DNA of 64,000 nucleotides from a bacterium (GTDB lineage Bacteria; RBG-13-61-14; DATKZS01): NCBI GenBank assembly GCA_963674965.2, contig CAXXFL010000007.1, positions 938,379 to 1,002,378 of the forward strand, read 5' to 3'. Shown piece by piece: positions 56,367 to 64,000 of this stretch (position 1 is its first letter; each line of letters starts with the position of its first letter). The notes under the pieces were generated by a model. It saw only the letters and a program-made list of their open reading frames with translations, ran no database searches and was not told where the DNA came from. The position numbers and the translations under genes were made by a program.

Positions 56367-59006
56367 TCATTCCTCGAATTCGATCGAAAAGTCCCCCGTT
56401 TCGGCGACGTCGAGTTTCACGACGCCCGGCATTTTATCGCCGCTCATGTGCGCCAGTATCTCGTTGGACAACTGGGGCATGATGGTACCTCGAATAATAT
56501 GGTCGATGTTCCGGGCCCCCGTCTCGACCTCGGTGCATCGGTCGGTGATCCGATCGATGACCTTTTCCGAGTAGTCCATGCGCATCTTGTTGTTTTCCAG
56601 AAGGCGCTTGGACACCGAGTCCATTTTCAGCTTCACGATCCCCTTCATGGCGCCGGGATCGAGAGTGTAATAGGGAACGATGGTCATCCTGGCCAGAAGC
56701 GCGGGCTTGAAATGGTTGCTCAAGACGGGCCGTATGGCGGCGATCATGGCGTCCATCTCGGCCTTTTCCTCGCCGGCCTCTCCCGAGGTCATCTCGGTGA
56801 TAACGTCGGTGGCCAGGTTGCTGGTGAGGAAAAGGACGGTGTTTTTAAAGTCGATCTCCCGTCCTTCCCCGTCCGAGAGCATGCCCTTGTCGAAGACCTG
56901 GTAGAAGAGGTTCATCACCTCGGGGTTGGATTTCTCAACCTCGTCGAGCAGGACCACGGTATAGGGACGTTGTCTGACGGCCTCGGTCAGAATTCCTCCC
57001 TCCCCGTACCCCACGTAGCCGGGAGGAGAACCGATGAGCCTGCTCACGGTGTGACTTTCCTGGAACTCGCTCATGTTGATGGTGACCACGGACTGTTCGC
57101 CTCCGAACATGAGGTCCGCCAGGGTAATGGCCGTCTCGGTCTTTCCCACTCCACTCGGTCCCACCAGGAGGAAGACGCCCATCGGCTGCCGGGGGTCTCG
57201 CAGCCCGGACTTGGCCGACTTCATGGCCTCGGAAAGCACGTACATGGCGTGGTCCTGTCCCTTGATTCTCTTCTTGAGGTTTTCCTCGAGGCCCAGCATG
57301 TTCTTAGCCTCGTCGTGGAGCACCTTGCCGAGGGGTATGCCGGTCCAGTCGGAAACGACCTTGGCCACCATGTCCGGGTCCACCTCGATATGTATTAGAT
57401 GCTCCTCTTCCTGGAGCTTCTTCAAATCCTCCTGGGCCGCGTCCAGTTCGGCCTTTATTTCCTTCTCTTTTACCTCGTCCTCGTTGGCCTCGAGGTCCTT
57501 TCTCAAGTCGACCACCTTCTGGGAGGCCTCCTTGACGGTGAGCCATTGCTCGCGAAGTTCACCCACCTCGCCGGTCAGCTCGCCGATGCGCTCGTTGACG
57601 GCCGTTAAGGTTTCCTCGTCTATCTCGAAGCCGTTTGCGCGGTCGCGCTCGAGGGCCTTCTTGGTCCTCTCGAGGGCCTGGATGCTCCTTTCCTTGTCCT
57701 CGAGCACGTCCGGCTTCGAGCTGAGCTCGATCTTGACCCGGGCCGCGGCCGTATCGAGAAGGTCCACGGCCTTGTCCGGAAGCTGGCGACCCGAGATGTA
57801 CCTGGCGCTCATCTCGGCCGCCGCCACGATGGCGTCGTCCCGAACGATCACGCCGTGGGTTTCCTCGTACTTGTCCTTGAGCCCGCGGAGAATGAGCTTG
57901 GTCGTCTCCACGGTTGGCTCGTCCAGCTTAACGGGCTGGAAGCGCCGGGCCAGGGCCGGGTCTTTCTCGAAGTACTTTTTATACTCGCTCCAGGTCGTGG
58001 CCGCCACCGTTCTCAGCTCTCCGCGGGCCAGGGCGGGCTTGAGAAGGTTGGCCGCGTCGCCCTTGCCGGCCGAGCCGCCGGCGCCGATGAGGGTGTGGGC
58101 CTCGTCGATAAAAAGTATGATCGGCTTGGGCGAGGCCTTGATCTCGGAGATGACGCCCTTGAGGCGGTTCTCGAACTCGCCCTTCATGCCCGCGCCCGCC
58201 TCGAGAAGGCCCATGTCCAGGCCCAGGATGCTCACGTCCTTTAAAAGGTCGGGCACGTCGCCCTCGACCACGCGCAGGGCCAGGCCCTCGACCACCGCCG
58301 TCTTGCCCACGCCGGCCTCGCCCACGCAGATGGGGTTGTTCTTTCTTCTTCTCGCCAGGATGTCGATCATCTGCCTGGTTTCCACGTCGCGTCCGAAGAC
58401 GGGGTCGATCTCGCCGGCTTTGGCCTTGGCCGTGAAATCGACGCAGAACTTGGCAAGGGCCGTCTCGCCGCCCTTGGCTCCGGGCTTGCCGGGGGCCGCG
58501 CCGGGGGCGGCCGCCTCGGCCGGCGCCTGTTTCTCGCTCGAGGACTTGACGATGGTCCAGAAATCCTTGAGCAGGGTCTCCCTTCCCACGGCCTTTATTA
58601 TGTCCACGTACTTTCCGCCCGAGAAGAGGGAGGGCTTGGCGAGAAAGGCGAGCATGACGGCCCCGGACCTTATCTCCCTTTCGGAGAGGTCGATGGAGGA
58701 CACAAGCCACGAGTGCTGAAACAGGTCCAGCAAAACGGGAGAGAAAACCGGTTTCGAGGCGTTCCCGGTCTTGAAGTCCTCGATGGCGTCCTCGAGGGCC
58801 TTGGCCAGGCGTCCCGGGTCTATCTCGAAGCTTCTCAGGATTATGGGCCAGTCCGTGCTGGGATCATCGAGGAGCTTGGCCAGGAAATGCTCGACCGTCA
58901 CCTCGTAGTTGGTCCTGGTAACGCACAGTCCGGCCGCGGCCTGAAGCACGTTGGCGCAGTGAGAGTTAAGCCTCATCAATAATGATTTGACGTCCACATC
59001 CAGCAT
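56367..59006 (-). CDS. tssH: T6SS AAA+ ATPase ClpV/TssH
   Basis: IDPVFGRD, RRRKNNP, GEAGVGKT, FIDEAH, GPSGVGKT, GSPPGYVGYGEGG. Confidence 0.97.
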   Translation of the reverse strand: MLDVDVKSLLMRLNSHCANVLQAAAGLCVTRTNYEVTVEHFLAKLLDDPSTDWPIILRSFEIDPGRLAKALEDAIEDFKTGNASKPVFSPVLLDLFQHSWLVSSIDLSEREIRSGAVMLAFLAKPSLFSGGKYVDIIKAVGRETLLKDFWTIVKSSSEKQAPAEAAAPGAAPGKPGAKGGETALAKFCVDFTAKAKAGEIDPVFGRDVETRQMIDILARRRKNNPICVGEAGVGKTAVVEGLALRVVEGDVPDLLKDVSILGLDMGLLEAGAGMKGEFENRLKGVISEIKASPKPIILFIDEAHTLIGAGGSAGKGDAANLLKPALARGELRTVAATTWSEYKKYFEKDPALARRFQPVKLDEPTVETTKLILRGLKDKYEETHGVIVRDDAIVAAAEMSARYISGRQLPDKAVDLLDTAAARVKIELSSKPDVLEDKERSIQALERTKKALERDRANGFEIDEETLTAVNERIGELTGEVGELREQWLTVKEASQKVVDLRKDLEANEDEVKEKEIKAELDAAQEDLKKLQEEEHLIHIEVDPDMVAKVVSDWTGIPLGKVLHDEAKNMLGLEENLKKRIKGQDHAMYVLSEAMKSAKSGLRDPRQPMGVFLLVGPSGVGKTETAITLADLMFGGEQSVVTINMSEFQESHTVSRLIGSPPGYVGYGEGGILTEAVRQRPYTVVLLDEVEKSNPEVMNLFYQVFDKGMLSDGEGREIDFKNTVLFLTSNLATDVITEMTSGEAGEEKAEMDAMIAAIRPVLSNHFKPALLARMTIVPYYTLDPGAMKGIVKLKMDSVSKRLLENNKMRMDYSEKVIDRITDRCTEVETGARNIDHIIRGTIMPQLSNEILAHMSGDKMPGVVKLDVAETGDFSIEFEE

Positions 59007-59088
59007 TTTTATTACCCCCTTTTGATATTTGGAAGACTACCGAGGACCCGGGCGAGGAGCGGCGGCGAGCCCTTTTCCACGGCCGGAC

Positions 59089-60099
59089 TCAGGAGAGTTC
59101 GAACAGCGTCGACGCCGTCTTGTCGTAATCCCCCGAGAACGTCCACGTGTCCATGCCCAGCTTGGACCACTGTCCGTCGCCCAACTGGGCGGTCTCGATC
59201 TCGCCGGCGGCCAGCTCGATTTCCAGGTCGCTCTCGTAAGGGTCCATCAGATATATCCTGCTCAGGAAAACGATCCTTCTATATTTATACGTGCCCGGCA
59301 GATACTGCCTGAAATTATAGGCGTCCACCGGCCCGATCTTCACCCGGTATTTCCTGGTCACGTCGCCGATGCACTCTCCCAGGTAGGATTCCTCGCCCAG
59401 CACGTTTCCGGACTCGCCCACGTAGCATCGCTGGTCCTGGGGAATGGAAACGGTCCTGGGGATGCACGGCACGATATCGAGGTCCTTCTCGTCCAGCGCG
59501 TCGCCAAGGAGTCTTTTCAGTCCCGCGGCCGACTTGGGAAACTGGGTGAAGAGCCCCACGTAGCGCAGAAGCTGGTAGGACCCGGGTATCTCGTCCTTCA
59601 TTCCCTCCACGCCCAGGCCAAGGAGGGCGAAAAGCATATCGAGGTAATTCTGGTCCTTTTCGTCGACAATCTTGAGCCACGGCCTGTACTTGGTCCATAT
59701 CCGGAAGAAATGCAGATAAAGCGGATAGTTGATTATATCGACGAACTCCCTGGCCACCTCCCGGCTGTCCGGGTCGGCGTCCAGAAGGTCCTCCGTGTAG
59801 AACGTTGGCAGGGGTGAGGACTCGCCGTACAAACCGAGGAAATTGGCCGTGAGCCGGTATTTGGGAGAGTCCGTCTCGAGTTCCTCGATCACGTCTATCT
59901 CGGCGCCGGGATGGGCAAGGGAAAGCTTCGGCCTTATCCGGACCATTTCCCTGATGGGGTCCTGGCCCTTGGAGACAAGCCTGTCCTTGCCGATAAAGAA
60001 CCCCAGCAGGCGGAGGGCCTGGAAAAAGGAAAAGGTCTTCCCTTCCTCGAGCAGCTCCCGCTTTATATCAGAGGTCGATCTCCGATCTTCGCCGGCCAT
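59089..60099 (-). CDS. tssG: T6SS baseplate TssG
   Basis: FSFFQALRLL, NFLGLYGESSPLP.FYTE, RIWTKYR, LG..TW. Confidence 0.93.
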   Translation of the reverse strand: MAGEDRRSTSDIKRELLEEGKTFSFFQALRLLGFFIGKDRLVSKGQDPIREMVRIRPKLSLAHPGAEIDVIEELETDSPKYRLTANFLGLYGESSPLPTFYTEDLLDADPDSREVAREFVDIINYPLYLHFFRIWTKYRPWLKIVDEKDQNYLDMLFALLGLGVEGMKDEIPGSYQLLRYVGLFTQFPKSAAGLKRLLGDALDEKDLDIVPCIPRTVSIPQDQRCYVGESGNVLGEESYLGECIGDVTRKYRVKIGPVDAYNFRQYLPGTYKYRRIVFLSRIYLMDPYESDLEIELAAGEIETAQLGDGQWSKLGMDTWTFSGDYDKTASTLFELS

Positions 60100-61796
60100 T
60101 TATAAGAATCTCCCTTGAGGACCTCCTCGATCTTGAAGCTAGTGTAGCTGTTCAAGCTGGCGTAGCTCGAGAAGAAGCCGTCGAGGACGCTGCCGAACAG
60201 GAAGAGGTCGCCCTCGCTCGCGAAGTGGTCCGATTGGATTTTTACCGTTATATCCTGACCTCTCATCAGGTATCCCCTGACGAGCCGGTCCGCGTTGTTG
60301 ACTTCCAGCGACTGGAGCCCGTCCACCCTCCTGGTGTTGGCGTAAACCGAGGCCTGGTCCCTGCTCTCGGAAAAGATATAAAGCTTGAGCAGGGCCTTGA
60401 TGTTCTCGGAGTTGGCCAGGGAGAGATAATTGAGGGAATAAAGGGACAGGAACCTCCATAAAAGCCCCTTGCCCAGCGGCGGCAGCACGCTGGCCGTGGG
60501 TGGCCTGATATTCTTATAACTTAGTATCTCGGGCGAGGTGCTGGTGGGTTCCTTTACGTCGCCTATCTGGAGGCGCTCGGCCAACTCGCCGTTGGTGCAG
60601 GTGAGCCTGATCGAGAGCGTCTCCGGCGCCGGCTGTCCCGACTCGGGCGGATATGTAAAGGAAAGCACCGCGTCGATATAGTTGCCGATGGGCGAGCGCT
60701 TGAACGACACGTGGTAGATCGGGTGCTGCGAGGATTGGGCGTGAAACAGGTCGAAGGCGTCGTACACGCGGGGCCTGACCGTGCCCTGCCGGTAGCCCAC
60801 AACCTCGTCCACGGAGTAAACCTGAAAGTGGTCCCTGTCCTGGCCCGAGGTCCGGACCCGGTACTCGTTCTTCTTGTGGTCCAGAAGGATGGGGTCCGCC
60901 TCGTGCTCGAAGGCGTTTATAGCCGGAGTGGCGAAAAGCACGAAGCTCTCGCGCTTGACCTTGGGAGCGGGAAAGGGAAGGTCCTTTAGCTCGAAGGTAA
61001 CGTTGAAGCGAGAGCCGCCTCCCCTGTCGCGCCAGCGGTCCAGGCCCTTCACGTCGAAGAACAGGAACTTCTGGGGCAGAATGAAATATTCCTGGAGAAG
61101 CCTGTAGCCCGGGAAGGACTGCGGCGGATAGGGGAGCATCCCCTCGTCGTCCGCGAACCCGACCGGCGCCACCGACTCCGGTCCCAGGTAGCAGGACTTG
61201 CCGCCCTCGGCGGGCGTGAGGCTGACCCCTCTCAGATGCTTCATCAGCAGGTAATAGATATTCGCCGCCGTGGGATAGTCCTGGGCCAGGTGGAACCTCA
61301 GATAGTCGGCCTCCCAGTTGGAGAGGTCGGGACCCACCAGTTCCATGGCCAAAACGTAAGAGGGCGGCCTGCCCGCCGGTTGCTCGTAATAGGCGGCCCT
61401 GATGTTAAGGGGATGGGCCACCACGTCGTAACAGGTCTTGAAAACGCACTTGGTCCCGTCCACGGGGACCGAGGCCACGCTTACGCCCGCCGGGGCCGTA
61501 AAGGTGTCCTTGAGGCTGGGCTTGGGCGCGAAGGCTATGATGGTGGAGGATGGAAGGGGCCTAAGGTAATGAGGAAAAACGAGCTGCATCAGGCCTTGAA
61601 TAATTTCAGGAAACTCGTCGTCGAGTTTTTCGCGCATGAGCCCGCTTAAAAAGGCGACTCCCTCGAGCAGCCTTTCCACGTCGGGGTCGGTGGTCGGCCC
61701 TTCCAACATCGGCGCCAGCGCCGGGTGGGCCTTGGAGAACTCGACCGCGAGGTCCCTTAAATTGGCCAGTTCCTGCTGGAAATATCTGTTAAACAT
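60063..61796 (-). CDS. tssF: T6SS baseplate TssF
   Basis: YFQQEL..EFSKAHP, DPDVERLLEGVAFL, PHYLRPLPS, GYRLLQEYF..P.KFLF, LWRFLS..SLNYLS. Confidence 0.96.
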   Translation of the reverse strand: MFNRYFQQELANLRDLAVEFSKAHPALAPMLEGPTTDPDVERLLEGVAFLSGLMREKLDDEFPEIIQGLMQLVFPHYLRPLPSSTIIAFAPKPSLKDTFTAPAGVSVASVPVDGTKCVFKTCYDVVAHPLNIRAAYYEQPAGRPPSYVLAMELVGPDLSNWEADYLRFHLAQDYPTAANIYYLLMKHLRGVSLTPAEGGKSCYLGPESVAPVGFADDEGMLPYPPQSFPGYRLLQEYFILPQKFLFFDVKGLDRWRDRGGGSRFNVTFELKDLPFPAPKVKRESFVLFATPAINAFEHEADPILLDHKKNEYRVRTSGQDRDHFQVYSVDEVVGYRQGTVRPRVYDAFDLFHAQSSQHPIYHVSFKRSPIGNYIDAVLSFTYPPESGQPAPETLSIRLTCTNGELAERLQIGDVKEPTSTSPEILSYKNIRPPTASVLPPLGKGLLWRFLSLYSLNYLSLANSENIKALLKLYIFSESRDQASVYANTRRVDGLQSLEVNNADRLVRGYLMRGQDITVKIQSDHFASEGDLFLFGSVLDGFFSSYASLNSYTSFKIEEVLKGDSYKWPAKIGDRPLI

Positions 61797-61842
61797 GTCT
61801 CTTTCCCGCCTGGGCGCTCGGCTTTTCCCGCCCTTTTCCAGC

Positions 61843-62268
61843 CTATGTGTAAACGTCCACTCTTCCGCTTGGAGAGATGTTCGCCTTAATCACGAAGGGA
61901 ACGATGCCCTGTTCCATGATCATCTCGACCTCGATCTCGATGGTCAGGGTGATATCGAACTCGGCCTTGTCCATAAACTTGGTCCTGGCCGAGGCGATTC
62001 TCGGTTCCCACTTGAGGATGGCGTCCCTGATGGCCGTCTCGATCTCGTCCACCGTTCCCCGGTTCTCGGTCGAGAACCTGGCGGCCATGGAGGAATAATC
62101 GGGCACTCCGAAGGAGGGATCGATCTCGACGCTCCCCTGCCTCGTGTTCAGTATCCTCTTGACGTAAGTGAGCACGGAGTTGGTGGCGACCTCCACGTCG
62201 CTCGCCCCCCTCCGGCTCTTTTCGTCACTGACGTTGGCCAGTCTTTCCAGTAACCGCTCTTCGCGCAT
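61843..62268 (-). CDS. tssE: T6SS baseplate TssE (gp25-like)
   Basis: LLERL, ILNTRQGS, FGVPD, I..WEPRI. Confidence 0.9.
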   Translation of the reverse strand: MREERLLERLANVSDEKSRRGASDVEVATNSVLTYVKRILNTRQGSVEIDPSFGVPDYSSMAARFSTENRGTVDEIETAIRDAILKWEPRIASARTKFMDKAEFDITLTIEIEVEMIMEQGIVPFVIKANISPSGRVDVYT

Positions 62269-62339
62269 GATCTTTTCCGCCCCGGCCCCGGCGGCCCCCC
62301 GCGGGGGCCGCGGCCGGCGGCATTGGCGTTAGTTTATTA

Positions 62340-62828
62340 TTACGCCTTGGGCGCGTTCCAGGCGTCTTCCGCCTCGATCCCGTCTGGCACCCAGGTCCAT
62401 ATGATCTTCTCGTAGGAGAATGACACGTCCTCCATGTGCTTGAAGGGCTCGTTGGACTTGACCAGGGTCTCGGGGAACCAGGCCCTTACGTCCACGATGA
62501 TGGCGTTTTCCAGCTTGATGGTGTAATAAAGCTCCTCGGCCCCGGACGGGCTTATGCGGTAGAAGTCGAGCAGGACCTCGCTGAACTGTTCGCCGCTGGT
62601 GAGGGCCTGGAACAGTTTGGGCGAGCTCTTGTCCACTTCCTTGGTTATCTTCAGGGACCCATGAATCCTCTTGCCCGTGGGAAGGCCGGTGTGAGTGTCG
62701 CGGGGAATATTGATCAGGTGGTCCATGGCGTAGACCAGTATGGTACCCTCGCGTCCCTCGATTTCGCACGAACCTTCGATCTTACCTTGCGTGTTACCCG
62801 TCATGGACAGGTGGGAAGGCATTGCCAT
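62340..62828 (-). CDS. tssD: T6SS tube protein Hcp/TssD
   Basis: MAMPSHL..G.TQG.IEG, TGKRIH..ITKEVDKSSPKL, HMEDVSFSYEKIIW. Confidence 0.96.
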   Translation of the reverse strand: MAMPSHLSMTGNTQGKIEGSCEIEGREGTILVYAMDHLINIPRDTHTGLPTGKRIHGSLKITKEVDKSSPKLFQALTSGEQFSEVLLDFYRISPSGAEELYYTIKLENAIIVDVRAWFPETLVKSNEPFKHMEDVSFSYEKIIWTWVPDGIEAEDAWNAPKA

Positions 62829-62864
62829 TTTTCAATCCTCCTTTTTAAAATTGATCCTTGCCGA

Positions 62865-64000
62865 TTAATCCTTGTCCAGTTTTCCAACCAGTGACAAAGT
62901 AAAAGAAGCCCCCATGTATTTGAAGTGAGGTCTTACCTTCATTCCGACCTTGTACCATCCAGGCGATCCCTCGACGTCGGAGACCTCGACCTGGGCCTGC
63001 CTGAGAGGTCTTCTGCTGCGGACGCCGGGCGCCGGGTTGTCCATGTCCGCCACGTACTGGCGAATCCAGGTGTTAAGCTCCCTCTCGAGGTCGGCCCTTT
63101 CCTTCCAGGTGCCGATGTTCTCGCGCTGGAGGACCTTGATGTAATGGGCCAGGCGGGCGATGACGAACATGTAGGGAAGCTGGGTGCCCAGCTTGTAGTT
63201 CATCTCGGCCTCCTTGCCCTCCTTGCTGCTCCCGAACTTCTTGGGCTTTTGCACCGAGTTGGCGCTGAAGAAGGCCGCGTTGTCGCTGCCTTTTCTCATG
63301 CAAAGGCCGATGAACCCCTCCTCGGCCAGCTCGAACTCCTTGCGGTCCGAGATCATGACCTCCGTCGGTATCTTGGTCTGAATCTCGCCCATGGACTCGT
63401 AGTTGTAAACCGGCAGGTCCTCGACCGCGCCGCCGCCCTGCGGGCCGATGATGTTGGCGCACCAGCGGTACTTGGCGAAGCTGTCCGTCACCCGGCTGGC
63501 GAAGGCGAAGGCCGAGTTGCCCCATAAAAAGTCATTGTCCCCGCCCGAGACGTTCTCCGTGTAATCGAAGCTCTTGACCGGCTCTCCCTCCGGGCCGTAG
63601 GGCACGCGGAGCATGAAATGGGGAAGGGTGAGACCCACGTTCCTGGCGTCCTCGCTCTCCCTGAACCCCTGCCACTTGGTATACTGGGGCATCTCGAATA
63701 TGGACTTTAAGTCCTTCAAGTTGGGAAGCTCGGCGAAGGAATCGATGCCGAAGAACTTGGGCGAGGCCGCCGCGATAAAGGGCGCGTGGTTCATGGCCGC
63801 CACGCTGGCCAGATGGGAAAGGAGCTTGATGTCCTGGGCGCCGGCGTCGAACTCGTAATTGCCGACCATCAGGCCATAGGGCTGGCCTCCGAACTGACCG
63901 AACTCGCTGGTATAAGCGGTCTTGTAAAGACCGGACTTGGATATCTCGGGCGAGTCCTCGAAGTCGTCCAAAAGGTCTCCCTTTTTCACGCAAAGAAGCT
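62865..64000 (-). CDS. tssC: T6SS contractile sheath large subunit TssC (5' end outside window)
   Basis: EFGQFGGQPYG, AAMNHAPF, LPHFMLRVPY, IIGPQGGG, RLAHYIKVLQRENIG, PHFKYMG..LSLVGKL; frame is open to the window edge. Confidence 0.96.
   Translation of the reverse strand, partial: LLCVKKGDLLDDFEDSPEISKSGLYKTAYTSEFGQFGGQPYGLMVGNYEFDAGAQDIKLLSHLASVAAMNHAPFIAAASPKFFGIDSFAELPNLKDLKSIFEMPQYTKWQGFRESEDARNVGLTLPHFMLRVPYGPEGEPVKSFDYTENVSGGDNDFLWGNSAFAFASRVTDSFAKYRWCANIIGPQGGGAVEDLPVYNYESMGEIQTKIPTEVMISDRKEFELAEEGFIGLCMRKGSDNAAFFSANSVQKPKKFGSSKEGKEAEMNYKLGTQLPYMFVIARLAHYIKVLQRENIGTWKERADLERELNTWIRQYVADMDNPAPGVRSRRPLRQAQVEVSDVEGSPGWYKVGMKVRPHFKYMGASFTLSLVGKLDKD

Noticed and set aside
52507-56574. 1355-aa plus-strand ORF
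   Set aside because: Antisense shadow of vgrG and the DUF2169 gene; no recognisable motifs, and long antisense frames are expected with GC-rich codon bias.
1-64000. CRISPR array, rRNA, or a complete DGR/retron
   Set aside because: No regularly spaced repeat-spacer array, rRNA-like sequence or reverse transcriptase seen; the periodicity at 50-52 kb and 54 kb is explained by pentapeptide and gp5 repeats.

Overview
GC-rich bacterial chromosomal window from a probable anaerobe (deltaproteobacterium-like gene content; taxonomy is inferred). Left part: truncated MerR-type regulator, sulfatase-fold enzyme, tRNA(CAT), UspA, secreted beta-propeller protein, class III adenylate cyclase, an alternative sigma70 behind an ~830 bp AT-rich leader, and an Rrf2/Fe-S/hybrid-cluster-protein (nitrosative stress) operon. 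Next come a SelW/Rdx-like selenoprotein that the ORF track missed (CxxU plus a SECIS-like hairpin) and a B12-radical-SAM/acetyltransferase/methyltransferase/GT4 glycan-modification operon. The 24-30 kb accessory patch has an FGE-fold secreted protein, REP-like palindromes, a duplicated promoter/leader, and two AT-rich Cys-rich paralogs, one split by a 1662-bp IS3-family element. The middle holds a glycyl radical enzyme with no adjacent activase, followed by a tandem split-barrel protein and a flavodoxin, then an acyl-CoA/Fe-S catabolic cluster. The right ~17 kb is a type VI secretion locus (tssC-hcp-tssE-F-G-clpV-vgrG-DUF2169/pentapeptide-pentapeptide-DUF3540-DUF4150 PAAR). It ends in a TIR-like gene and faces a convergent single-chain TssB-TssC-like fusion. 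All calls come from motif recognition by eye; no database searches were run.
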